A stretch of 64,000 nucleotides of DNA from Octopus sinensis. Taxonomy: Eukaryota. The position numbers and the translations under genes were made by a program. Shown in pieces: positions 1-12,150 of the stretch (position 1 is the stretch's first letter; each line of letters begins with the position of its first letter). The stretch lies in NCBI RefSeq assembly GCF_006345805.1, contig NC_043000.1:156736001-156800000 (forward strand), given 5' to 3'. A model generated the notes under the pieces. That model was not told the origin of the DNA and ran no database searches. It worked only from the letters and a program-made list of their open reading frames with translations.

Positions 1-1699
1 TAATATCAGCGCGGGAGATTACAATATCCAGTAGAGAGCGTGGGGTGACGCAACATCATCATAAGTCCACACCCTGTATATCTTACATATCCTACACCAA
101 ACGCATGAAATTTCACTAAACCAGTTGCAATACCTCTTCGCCAGATATTTTCTTCGGTTCTGCATACTCACAAGTTGTAGGCAAATTATTTACCGATTTC
201 TTTCGGATCATATTATCGTTACAGAACACTTGCACATTTATAAAGAAGACAAAAATACTATCACAAAATTCATAAAAAGCAAAATGAAATCATTTCCACC
301 GTTGAACAAAATGGAAGTTATCGGAATTCAACAACGCCTCCATTATTTATGTAGGCACGGAGCAACGTACATTCAATAAAATAATTATTGATGCATGTAA
401 AAATAAAATAAAATTAACGCACTAAACTAAGCGGTGTAAAGTTTAAAATTCCAATCATACACCGAAAGTTGCAACCTCATTGAAAGTAGAGGCAACTTCA
501 AACACAAAACACCTAAAATCAGATACAGACAAATAAAACACAGAATCAAGAAACTAATTACGGAAATAACAACGAAAATAAACTACAGAAATACAGAAAA
601 CTGATAAACGTTTATATCCAATATGAATTTCAAAAAACATTATTTGGATTAATTACTGGCATGATCAGCAACATCGACCACACCTCATGCCACAATAACA
701 ACAATACAGTAACAAGTTAACGCCCTTATAAAAACTTTATAAAAAATCAGCCACCAAAATCCACAAAAAAAAAATGTACACACGAAATGTACACACCTTG
801 TACTAAGGCAACAATTTTAACCCTTTTCTCCCATCAAACATACGAAGGAATTATAACCGTGTTTCGTGATCTGCTACCACAACAGCTCCTTTATAGGATC
901 CAGATAGCTCAAGACATCATCAGGAAGAACCACATCCGGTTTCGGCCCCTACTCCTCTACCGTTTTGACGTGGCGGGGCCCCCTCTTTCGGTGGTGCCTT
1001 CAGCTCTGGTGTTGGGTGCATGTCTTCTTTCTTCTTCTTTCTTCTGTTCCATGGCCTCTTCGATGTATCATCAGCGAGTGTCAGCCGGTGACTGACTGAC
1101 TTGTCAAATTTTCCCCTTTAAATAGGGGGAAAATTTGACAAGTATTCAGCAAATTTTGATAAGCCTCAGAAGCCGGACAAAATCAAACACATACACTTAA
1201 AATACAAATGGAATCAAGGCACGCATTCACCAACATCTACCAGTAATTGTATCAACACTTGCCCTAAATTTGGAAGCTAGTGAAAATTATATCAACTCTA
1301 AAACTCAAGGAAAAGTCCAAGTAAAATAACATCATACAGAATTTTTAATTTGGTGATAATTCTATATAAGTTCTAGAAAGTCTAATCCTTGATAATTCTA
1401 ACCCACACGTATCTCTTCCAAGTTACTAATTATACTAAGTACCACTACGTTACTTGGAAGCGTAACACAGAGAAAATATGTGATGACTTCAATGATGATA
1501 ATCCTACCATGACTACCACTCAGCCAATGGTAAAACTTCCGGCTCTATTTCCCCTTATCAATTAATTAATACAAAATTATTCAGCACAGTTTATAAAATT
1601 ACAGAAAACACTGGCTAGTCAGCAACCAGTCATGCAGCCAAGCCTATTTAGTAGTGTACAATAACATTTCCAGAATCTGCAATTTTCCAAACAGAGTGA

Positions 1700-1975
1700 A
1701 ACAGGAATCCTATTCCTTATTTAGTATATTCAACCTTTAACCATTCCGTTTACACACACCTCCACAAAGCACACAGACAACCTTGTACGTAGATGACGTC
1801 ACATATCCTCCTACGATTTTCAGACAACGCTGCTCAACTCGATCCTTGTTGAAATCAGCAAAACTCCCGGCCACCGAAACGACGGCATTAAACTTGCATC
1901 TACCAAATTCGCGCGATCGCTTCTTACCAGCAACACTACAGAACATCAAATAGAGCAAACCATCAAACTCAACAC
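1700..1975 (+). pseudogene. Very degenerate LINE reverse-transcriptase fragment (domains 4-5)
   Basis: Hand translation of + strand gives RVKQESYSLFSIF (GVPQGSxLxPxLFSIF-like) followed by STQTTLYVDDVT (LYADD-like); stops and frameshifts present. Confidence 0.35.
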
Positions 1976-2584
1976 CATATGTTGAGTAACCACGTTTGTA
2001 CTCTAGTTCCCCAACATATGTTGCGTAACACACATACACATACACACATACACACACAGACACATAGAAACACGCATACACACGTAGATACACACACATA
2101 CGCATATACATAAACGCACATACACACATAAACACACAGACACATAGAAACACACATACACACGTAGATACACACACATACGCATATACATAAACGCACA
2201 TACACACATAAACACATAGACACACGCATATACACGTAGAAACACACACACACGCAGTTACACACATACACATATACATATACAGATATACACCTACAAA
2301 CATATACACATACATACACATACACACACACACACACTAAAATACTAGGAGTGATATACAACACCACCGCAACATTTACAATTCACACAGAAATTCAGTA
2401 AAGAAAACAAAGCAGGGCACAAAAATCTTTAGTACAATCGTGATATGTATCTCTCTGGGCCAACTATGGTGCACAAACAGTATATTTGATCCATGATGGA
2501 CTATGCCAGTCTTGCCTTGGATCCTGTTCCAACATCAAGACAGAATAAAACTACTAAGAGTACAAAATAGCGCACCATGTATAA

Positions 2585-3168
2585 CCTTTCCTACTCTAGG
2601 CACAAGGCCCGAAAATTGGGGGTAGGGGCTAGTCGATTAGATCGACCCTAGAATGCAACTGGTACTTAATTTATCGACCCCGAAAGGATGAAAGGAAACG
2701 TCAACCGCGGCGGAATTTGAACTCAGAAGGTAAAGACAGACGAAATACCTATTTTTTTTACTACCCACAAGGGGCTAAACATAGAGGGGACAAACAAGGA
2801 CAGACAAACGGATTAAGTCGATTATATCGACCCCAGTGCATAACTAGTACTTAATTTACTGGCCCCGAAAGGATGAAGGGCAAAGTCGACCTCGGCGGAA
2901 TTTAAACTCAGAACGTAACGGGAGACGAAATACCTATTTCTTTACTACCCACAAGGGGCTAAGCACAGAAGGAACAAACAAGGACAGACAAACGGATTAA
3001 GCCGATTACATCGACACCAGTGCATAACTGGTACTTATTTAATCGACCCCGAAAGGATGAAAGGCAAAGTCGACCTCGGTGCAATTTGAATTCAGAACGT
3101 AACGGCAGACGAAATACCGCTAAGCATTTCGCCCGGTGTGCTAACGTTTCTGCCAGCTCGCCGCCTTA
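2585..3168 (-). mobile_element. SINE family B, head plus three tandem ~184-bp units, with 16-bp TSD
   Basis: tRNA-like head (aaggcggcgagctggcagaaacgttagc; B-box-like tgagttcaaattcc); unit boundary gaaatac at 2742/2927/3111; TSD agcgcacca(t/c)gtataa at 2569-2584 and 3169-3184. Confidence 0.9.
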
Positions 3169-3802
3169 AGCGCACCACGTATAATGGTTAATTAATTACA
3201 GTAGCTAACCCTAACCGGTCGGGTAGCTAGAGTGTGCACCGCTCGGAGCCGCCCTTGAACTTTCCCGTCATCTGGATCCTCAAGTCATCTGGGTCCTATA
3301 CAGTCATCTGGGTGCTCAAGTCCATACAACCTACCCAAAAGTACCTCCCTCATAAAAACGTCACCCGGGGTGGACCGCCACTCTCCCCCTCTCCTACCCG
3401 CTACGCTACTGTTGCTAACATTATATTACAGGTAAACACAAAACTTTTCCGCACTGTTTGTTGTGACACGGATATAAGTACAGAGATAATCATGTTCAGA
3501 AAGAAGAAAAAGTGACGATAATATGACTGATTCTGTAGTCCTGATAGAATGTCTTATGCTGTGGACGAATGTTGGTGGAGCGAATAAGTTACAGTATTGC
3601 TCTAGGAAAAGAAATGTCAAAGGAAATCTTTGAAATTCTAGTATCGTTCGTGTCTCACTTCATTCTCGAACGATCTCAATGGTTGATTGCATTAGAAACT
3701 TCTATTGATGATCAGCATCTGAAAAGAAGAGGCAAATGCAATGAGAGGCTTGGCAACACATGCATACACATATACACACGAGTGTGTGTGTGTGTGTGTG
3801 TG

Positions 3803-4053
3803 CCGAGACCCCCTTCGGTCATGACTGACCGTGGGATTACACCCAGAAAGTTACCCTCCCAGGCACAAGTCCGGGCAAGGTTGTTTATGGAAGACCAGCA
3901 GTCGCCCATGCATACGCAACACATTTCAACAGCTGAGTGAACTGGAGCAACCTGAAATAAAGTGTTTTGCTCAAGAACACAACACGCAGACCGGTCCGGG
4001 ATTCGAACTCACAACCTCACGATCGTAAACCCGACGCTCTAACCACTGAGCAA
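3803..4053 (-). mobile_element. tRNA-derived SINE family C
   Basis: Minus strand: A box (cagtggttagagc), B box (gttcgaatccc), then gtgttgtgttcttgagcaaaacacttta and body gggcgactgctggtcttccataaacaaccttgccc, shared with copies at 5719-6057 and 9785-10108. Confidence 0.9.
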
Positions 4054-4107
4054 TACAATATGTGATGGGTCTGTGTATTTATGATATATGTGTAGGTGTG
4101 TATACAT

Positions 4108-4189
4108 ACTTCATATTTGAAGCTCTGATGAAGCCATAAGGCACTGAGTTATGTGTCTTATGGCAGAAACAGTTGTAAGCTAATGAAGT
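4108..4189 (+). ncRNA. Type I hammerhead ribozyme motif (family HHR-A, copy 1)
   Basis: acttcat..agct | CTGATGA | a gccataaggcac-tgagttat-gtgtcttatggc a | GAAAC agtt GTA | agct a atgaagt. Conserved core, 12-bp stem II, minimal stem III, bipartite stem I; predicted cleavage after 4177. Confidence 0.75.
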
Positions 4190-4221
4190 TAATAAGATAA
4201 TTGTTTATTCGTTCGACAGCT

Positions 4222-4224
<3 letters not shown>

Positions 4225-4312
<88 letters not shown>

Positions 4313-4363
4313 AAGAGAGACAGAGAGACAGAGAGAGACAGATAGACAGACAGGCAGATAGAT

Positions 4364-4434
<71 letters not shown>

Positions 4435-4495
4435 AAGAGAGAGAGAGAGAGAGAGAGAGAGCCAAACAGACAGACAGAGACAGACAGACAGAAAT
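4225..4495. repeat. Compound microsatellite (TA)n-(GA)n-(GATA)n-(GACA)n
   Basis: Directly visible tandem repeats. Confidence 0.97.
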
Positions 4496-4959
4496 ATATG
4501 TATTGTTTTTATTCGCAGGTCACCGGTATAATCATTTTAATCATTTTAATGATTATATCCACAATCTATACGTATGTATGTATGTCATGGTGTGTGTGTA
4601 TACATACATATACATGCATATATATACACATATATACATATACATGCACACACACACACACACACGCATACACACTCATATATCAAACACGTATATGTAT
4701 AAAGCTTCTTGTGTTTTTTCCCGAGAGCATAAATAAATACCATATGTGTGCGTGTGTGTTCATGTGTATGTATGTGTGTATATGTCTGTGTGTGAACACA
4801 TTAAGTATATATTTATTTTATGCATATATACACAATATAATGTATATACAATATACAATACATATGCATTATATAATTACACACACCCAAGTGAAGTCGA
4901 CTGTGTGACCTACCTTGAACAATGAGAGGCAGTAATTCACATCAAATATACATATATAA

Positions 4960-5122
4960 GCACAGGTGTGGTTGTGTAGTAAGAAGCTTGCTTCCCAACC
5001 ACATGGTTCCGGGTTCAGTCCTACTGCTCGGCACCTTGGGCATGTGTTTTCTTCTATAGCCTCGGGCCGACTAATTCCTTGTGAGTGGATTTGGTAAACG
5101 GAAACTGAAAGAAGCCCATCAT

Positions 5123-5195
<73 letters not shown>

Positions 5196-5455
5196 GTGTG
5201 TGTGGTGTGTGTGTGTATGTGTGTGTGTGTATGTATGTATGTATGTATGTGTGCATGTGTGTATGTATGTGTGTATGTGTGTATGTATATATGTATGTAT
5301 GTATGTATGTGTGTATGTATGTATGTATGTGTGTGTATGTATGTATATATGTATGTATGTATGTGTGTATGTGTGTATGTATGTATGTACATCTACTTGT
5401 GTGTGTCTATGTGTCTGTATTTGTCAAACACCCTCACCACCACCACTGCTTGTCG
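4960..5455 (+). mobile_element. SINE family A, 5' half with expanded internal (TA)/(TG)/(TATG) microsatellite, joined to antisense HHR-A unit
   Basis: Head gtggttgtgtagtaagaagcttgc...ggaaactgaaagaagccc; ends at the HHR-A unit boundary tgcttgtcgaacgaataaac. Confidence 0.85.
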
Positions 5456-5479
5456 AACGAATAAACAATTATCTTATGA

Positions 5480-5572
5480 ACTACATTAGCTTACAACTGT
5501 TTCTGCCATAAGATACATAACTCAGTGTCCGAGTAACGCCTTCTTGCTTCATCAGAGTTTCAAGTATGAAGT
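5480..5572 (-). ncRNA. Type I hammerhead ribozyme motif (HHR-A, copy 2)
   Basis: Reverse complement reads acttcat..aact CTGATGA agcaagaaggcgttactcggacactgagttatgtatcttatggca GAAAC agtt GTA agct a atgtagt; two stem I mismatches relative to copies 1 and 3. Confidence 0.7.
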
Positions 5573-5648
5573 ATGTATACACACCTACACATATATCATA
5601 TACATACAGGCCCACCACATATTGTATTATATATGTGTGTGTGTGTGT

Positions 5649-5708
<60 letters not shown>

Positions 5709-5718
5709 GTGTGTGTGT

Positions 5719-6057
5719 CCTGAGACCCCCTTCGGTCATCACTGACCATGGGATTGCACCTAGAAAGGTACCCTCCCAGGCACAAGTCCGGGCAAGGTTG
5801 TTTATGGAAGACCAGCAGTCGCCCATGCATACTGGACTCCCCTCTCCACTCCACCAGTGTTATCCAAGGGAAAAGCAAAGGGGCCGATACAGCTTGGCAC
5901 CTGTGACGTCCCAACTCATTTCTGCTGCTGAGTGAACTGGAACAACGTGAAATAAAGTGTCTTGCTCAAGGACACAAAATGCAGCCCGGTCTGGGATTCG
6001 AACTCACAACGTCACGATCGTAAGCTCGACGCTCTAACCAGTGAACCATGCGCCTTC
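5719..6057 (-). mobile_element. SINE family C (tRNA-Arg-like head, loop ttACGat)
   Basis: Same head and body as 3803-4053; ends in (AC)n. Confidence 0.9.
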
Positions 6058-6475
6058 ACACACACATACACATACACACACATATATATGTATGTATAGT
6101 ATGTGTGCGGGGGGTGGTATTTGCGTGTTTGTATGTGTATATGTATATATATATATAAACACACACACACACGTATACATACACACACACATACGCCCGC
6201 ATACACGGACTCTCACGAATATCATTAGTGTTGTAGTGAGTAAGTGGTTGATTGATCGCGCGATTGAAGTAAGCAGCGTTACACGTAGGCAAAACATTAT
6301 CACCGTTGAATAATGATATATCATTGAGATCTTTCAATATTTATTTAATGGGTGAACAGGAAGACTAAAGTTCAATATGGTGGTGAATATTTCAGATCGT
6401 TTTCCTTCTTGCTGGTTGTTAGTCACACCACACACGTTTGCACTCACACACACACACGCACACACACACGCACAC

Positions 6476-6528
<53 letters not shown>

Positions 6529-6529
6529 T

Positions 6530-6570
<41 letters not shown>

Positions 6571-6789
6571 TACACACAAACATACACTCTCACGCGAACA
6601 CAATGCAGACATGCGCCAACGCTACGCACGGACACATACGCGGACACAATACGCACACGCAAATAGCGGACATGCGCGTGCACGCATGCACAGCGAAGGC
6701 ACACACAAAGAACACACATATACAACGCACTCGCAAACACAACACAATACACACACACACACCACCACCACCACACCACCACCACCCAG

Positions 6790-7210
<421 letters not shown>

Positions 7211-8750
7211 GTTTCTTTATTAGCCACACAGGGCTGCACACAGATAGAACAAATTACAAGGTAGAGCTTTTCTTTTGAAGGTAAAAAAAAAAGGGGGGGT
7301 CGATCAAAATGGATCGTAAAAGGAGAGAAAGAGGACAAAAAAAAGGGGGGGTTAAAAAAAAAGGGGGAGAGGAAAAAAAATTGATCAATAGGGATCGTTA
7401 TCACAGAAATGTCAATATGAAGTGTAAAGGGGAGGACAGGTGAGGTTTACCCGTGGAAAGAAAAGCCTACGGAAAAGACCACGGTAACCTCGGTCAATGA
7501 AATCACATGTTATTTTTTTTTTTAATTTTTTTTTTTTTGCAAATAAGCAACTCTCTGTATTAATTTTTATGGTTCATAGAATCATAGTCAAGGTGGCTTT
7601 GTCATTCATACGTGCCATCCTTGCTACATTCACCCATCTTTTTTTAAAACATTCACTAGACAAAACTTGCCTCTCTACTCTCACTTTCCTCCTCAAGTGA
7701 TACTTGAAGAAGTTGATGAGAGATTGACCAGAGAGGAAAGTGTTTGTCTCTAATCCTTTCAGGCGCGTCCACCAGATACATTCTTTCGCCATAGCCACAA
7801 GTATGATAAAAATAGCTCTTCCTTCCCGTTTGAAGGAAGGAGGCGTGACGATATTAACGATAGACTCGGCTGATAAACCGACACGTCCCACACGTGACAG
7901 CAGTCGTTCGACATAAGCCCACAAGTGGGAAATTGCTGGACACTGCACGATTGCGTGCAGAGCGGTTTCGTCGCTCTGACCGCATCTCGGGCAGGTCGGC
8001 CCCGTGTTTCTCGAGCCATGCCTATAGAGCTTATCCCGAACGGGTAGCGCTTCTCGGTAGCACCGCCAGGCCAGTGATCTCTGGAAGTTGTCCATAGGTC
8101 CCGGTTCGAAAGTCGTTTGAAACAGGCGGGTCAGGTATTCCTCGTCGACGCCCAGGTTTGCCCCGAGATCGTCGTCGTACCTCCCCTCCACTAATCCCCT
8201 ATAGAATGCTTTGGTTGTGTTGAAGTCACTCAAGGTCGACCCGGGACGGCAGAGTTGCTTGAGAGCAACGCGACACTCGCGGTGCCATTCGCCCTTCCTC
8301 GGCCTCTTTTTGATCCACGACTGCAGTTCAGTCATGGAGACAAGTTGCGGGAATGCGTGCCTCACAAACGGCGACCACACCTGTTCACCGTCGTCTACAT
8401 AGAGCCGGAGATGTCGCAGTCTCAGCGCGTGTCTGCGCATCATCAACCACGGCATGCCCAGCCCTCCTTTTAACGGGTGTTGACAGCAAATGGATCGCTG
8501 ACCATCGGGACGCATCCTTCCACAAGAAGCGGAAGAGGATGCGTTCTAGTTGGTGATGGTAGGGTCGGGACAAGGTACGACGGTCAGGCGGTAGTAGATG
8601 ATGGACGCGATGTACGCGTTCGCCACCTCCGCCCGACCTTTTAGGGACAGTTTCCTCTCGGCCCATTGCTGGGCGAGAGTGACCACCCTACTCGTTATCT
8701 CGTTCCAGTTTTTCTCTATTTGGAGGTCCGGACCGAACCAGACCCAGGCA
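7211..8750 (-). mobile_element. 5'-truncated Tx1/L1-clade LINE: post-RT region, zf-RVT CCHC knuckle, 3' UTR
   Basis: WFGPDLQIEKNW...WAERKLSLKGRAEVANAYIASIIYY...LERILFRFLWK and AWRCYREALPVRDKL...TCPRCGQSDETALHAIVQCP...LW, typical of the Tx1/L1 ORF2 C-terminus; frameshifted; AATAAA at the 3' end. Confidence 0.9.
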
Positions 8751-9200
8751 GGCAGACATATATTACCATTTCCGTGCGCATGGTCACGCAAACACAAACA
8801 CTCGTACAAATGCATACGCATTTACACACTTGCATACTTGTGTCCACGTAGATACACGCATACACAAACTCGCGCACGTGATGCACCCATAGGCACACAC
8901 ATTTAAACTAGCACAAACACACATACATACACTCAAGTTACATGCGCTTACGTACCCCCATTACGTACCCCCATTAAGAAATCGCATACGGGCATCCGTG
9001 CACACATACGCAAATACGCAAAATACACACGCGTTGAATAGTTGAATTAAGTAAACTGCAAATATGTGGTCCTTGATCGTCGCAAGAGGTTAGATTTGTA
9101 CGTTGTCCGCTGTTGCCAGCTGGCACTGTGCAGCAGGGCAAACTCTCCCGGCTTATCAGGTTTGTCTGATTTCTATTGATGGTGTCCACTAAGCATTATT

Positions 9201-9505
9201 GTGGAGGGACATGGCCTAGTGGTTAGAGTAGCGGACTCGCGGTCGAGGGATCGCGGGTTCGAATCTCAGACCGGGTGATGTGCGTGTTTATGAGCGAAAC
9301 ACCTAAGCTCCACGCGGCTCCGGCAGAAGGTAATGGCGAACCTTTGCTGACTCTTTCACCACAACTTTCTCTCACTCTTTCCTCCCGCATCTTGCAGCTC
9401 ACCTGCAACGGACCAGCGTCCCGTCCAGTTGGGGAACCTATACACCAAGGAAACCGGGAAACCGGCCCTTATGAGCCAGGCGTGGCTCGAGAAGGGACAA
9501 ACAAC
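9201..9505 (+). mobile_element. tRNA-derived SINE family D, tail type 1
   Basis: Head atggcctagtggttagagtagcggactcgcggtc...gttcgaatctcagaccggg; central actctttcaccacaactttctctcactct; tail gaaaccgggaaaccggcccttatgagccagg. Confidence 0.88.
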
Positions 9506-9784
9506 TAAGCAGTATTATAGTATTATCCCTTGCTTCTGCTCTGGCTCTACGTGATGCTGCGAAATATGGTGTCATAGAAATAGTGTATCATCCACAACGG
9601 TCTTCTCCTTGGGGGCACACAGCCAGTGTTGCAGCCTTTCCTGCTCTACGTCCTCTCTGCTTTCCTTTTCTTTCTACTTCTCTTCTGGACAGAAAGCTCT
9701 TTACTGGTCTTTACTTGCGCACGTGTGACAACTAGGACTTCTGCCTCGCTCCACCACACTATTTCGTCTCCTCTCCACTGCTTC

Positions 9785-10108
9785 TGGTCATGAATTGACC
9801 ATTGGCTTGCATCTAGAAAGTTACCCTCCGAGGCACAAATTTGGGCAAGGTTGTTTATGGAAGACCAGCAGTCGCCCATGCATACCAGCCCCCTCTGTTC
9901 ACACCACCAATGTTATCCAAGGAAAAGGAAAAGGCTGATGCAGCTTGGCACCAGAGACGTCGTAACCCTTTTTTTCCAGCTAAGTGAACGGTGGGAACGT
10001 GAATTAAAGTGCTTTGCGCAAGAACACAACACACAGCCCGGTCCGGGAATCGAACTCACAGTCTCACAATTATAAGACCGACGCTCTAACCACTGAGCCA
10101 TGTGCTTT
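9785..10108 (-). mobile_element. SINE family C
   Basis: Homologous to 3803-4053 and 5719-6057. Confidence 0.88.
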
Positions 10109-10502
10109 CTCTCGTAGAGTACAGCTGCAGAATATCCACGTGAATTGAATAGGTAAATGATGGTAATTCAAACTGACCGCTCAAATATCTGTAATTTTAT
10201 ATAAAATTTACAACGAACGAATACCCTTTCCTGCAGTCGTCGTGTTCCTGAGATTGATGTATTATGTCCTTAATCCATGGGGTAAAGAGGTAGAGCTGAT
10301 GTGAAACACCAGCTCTACCTCGCTTCTCGCTTCACTCTCGATTTGCATTGTTTGACAGAGTACACATCTTACAAAACACCAGCTAGGGCTCCCTTCAACC
10401 CGTCTTTCAAAAGTACACGGAAGCACAATCAGGTTCATGAAAAACAGAATTATATTACATTCCTCTTCTTCCTTTTAGGTATAAATTCGTCGCCGGTACA
10501 AG

Positions 10503-10730
10503 AAGGCGGCGAGCTGGCAGAAACGTTAGCACGCCGGACGAAATGCTGAGCGGTATTTCGTCTGTCGTTACGTTCTGAGTTCAAATTCTGCCGAGGTCGA
10601 CTTTGCCTTTCATCCTTTCGGGGTCGATTAAATAAGTACCAGTTACGCACTGGAGTCGATATAATCGACTTAATCCGTTTGTTTGTCCTCTCTGTGTTTA
10701 GCCCCTTGTGGGTAGTAAAGAAATAGGTAT
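10503..10730 (+). mobile_element. SINE family B monomer (internal-type unit only), 17-bp TSD
   Basis: TSD taggtataaattcgtcg at 10476-10492 and 10724-10740. Confidence 0.9.
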
Positions 10731-11158
10731 AAATTCGTCGATCAAGGCGGTAGCGCCTATTGCGACATACCTCGTCCACTCCCACTTCTTATCTTTGAGA
10801 GAATGTTTTTGTAAAGTGGTGATCTTGTTATTATGCGTTTTGTTTCTGTTTTTTTTTATCAACGTTAATGCTTCAAACACGTTTGTTTTCCGTCTACATT
10901 GTTTTATAAAAGAGTTAAGCGTTTACACATCTAGGTCTGTGTCGTTTAGTACGATTGGGACCGTGTTAGCAATGATCAACCATGTCAAGCTAATACCCGT
11001 TGTCTTGGATACGCTTACGCAATCCTAGCGTACGTCTAGGTCCCCAGTCTAATCTCCCACTAACACTTTTAAATAAGATGTTCCTCAGGAAAGTTCCTAT
11101 GCACCTGAAGAGGAGTAAATATTGTATGTATATGATATATGTGTAGGTGTGTATACAT

Positions 11159-11251
11159 ACTTCATATTTGAAGCTCTGATGAAGCAAGAAGGCGTTACTC
11201 GGGCACTGAGTTATGTATCTTATGGCAGAAACAGTTGTAAGCTAATGAAGT
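11159..11251 (+). ncRNA. Type I hammerhead ribozyme motif (HHR-A, copy 3)
   Basis: acttcat..agct CTGATGA agcaagaaggcgttactcgggcactgagttatgtatcttatggca GAAAC agtt GTA agct a atgaagt; stem I intact; predicted cleavage after 11239. Confidence 0.75.
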
Positions 11252-11609
11252 TAATAACATAATTATTTATTCGTTCGACAAGCGGTGGTGGTGGTGAGGG
11301 TGTTTGACAAATACAGACACATAGACACACACAAGTAGATATACATACATACACACACAGACACACACACACACATATATGAATATGATGGGCTTCTTTC
11401 AGGGTAGAAAATAATATAACTAAATAAAAGAATGTCATGACAAACCGTTTTCCATTCCGGTGAATTGACGGAGATCTTTTAATTAATCCGAAATAATGAA
11501 TAATAACGCTTTTTTTTTCTTTTTCTTTTTTTCAGAAAAAATATATGGTATTATCCATTTTCAGGGAAGTAATGTGAAATACAACCATTCACAGCAAACA
11601 ACAGGGGAA

Positions 11610-12150
11610 AACGAGGAGGAGGAGGAGGAGGCGGAAGGGGAAGTAAGGGAGAGGACGGAGAAGATGAGGAAGAGGAGAGGAGGAGGGAAAAGAGGAGAGG
11701 AGGGAAAAGAGGAGAGGAGGGGAGGTATGAGGGGAAGAGAGGAGGAGTAAGAAGAGGAGAAGAAGGTGGAAGAAAAAGAGAAGGGAGGAGATAGAGGAAG
11801 AAGTGGTGGAAGAGGGGCAGGAGGAGGAGGTAGAAGAGGAGCGGACGATAAGGAGGAGGAGGAACAAGAAGAAGAAGAAGAAGAAGAGAGGAGGAAGAGA
11901 AGATGAGGAGGAAGAGGAAGGGAAAAGGAGGAGGAGGAAGAGAACAGGAGGAAGAAGAAGAAGAAGAAGAAGAAGACAGAGGAAAAGAAGAAGAAGAAGA
12001 AGGAGAGAAGAAGAAGAAGAAAGAGAAGAAGAAGAAGAAAAAGGAGGAGGAGGAAGAGAACAGGAAGAAGAAGAAGAAGAAGAAGAAGAAAAAGAAGAAA
12101 AGAAGAAGAAGAAGAAGAAGAAGAAGAAGAAGAAGAAGAAGAAGAAGAAG
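11610..12150. repeat. Polypurine (GGA/GAA)n tract
   Basis: Almost pure A/G on the + strand, ending in a long (AAG)n run. Confidence 0.97.

Noticed and set aside
840-1000. Hammerhead on the minus strand (CTGATGA near 905; ggcccc/ggggcc GAAAC CG GAT)
   Set aside because: Core pieces do not assemble into one fold without three or more core mutations, or stem I fails; at best a decayed remnant.
3990-6057. tRNA genes at SINE-C and SINE-D heads
   Set aside because: A and B boxes are present, but there is no complete acceptor stem and each runs into a SINE body.
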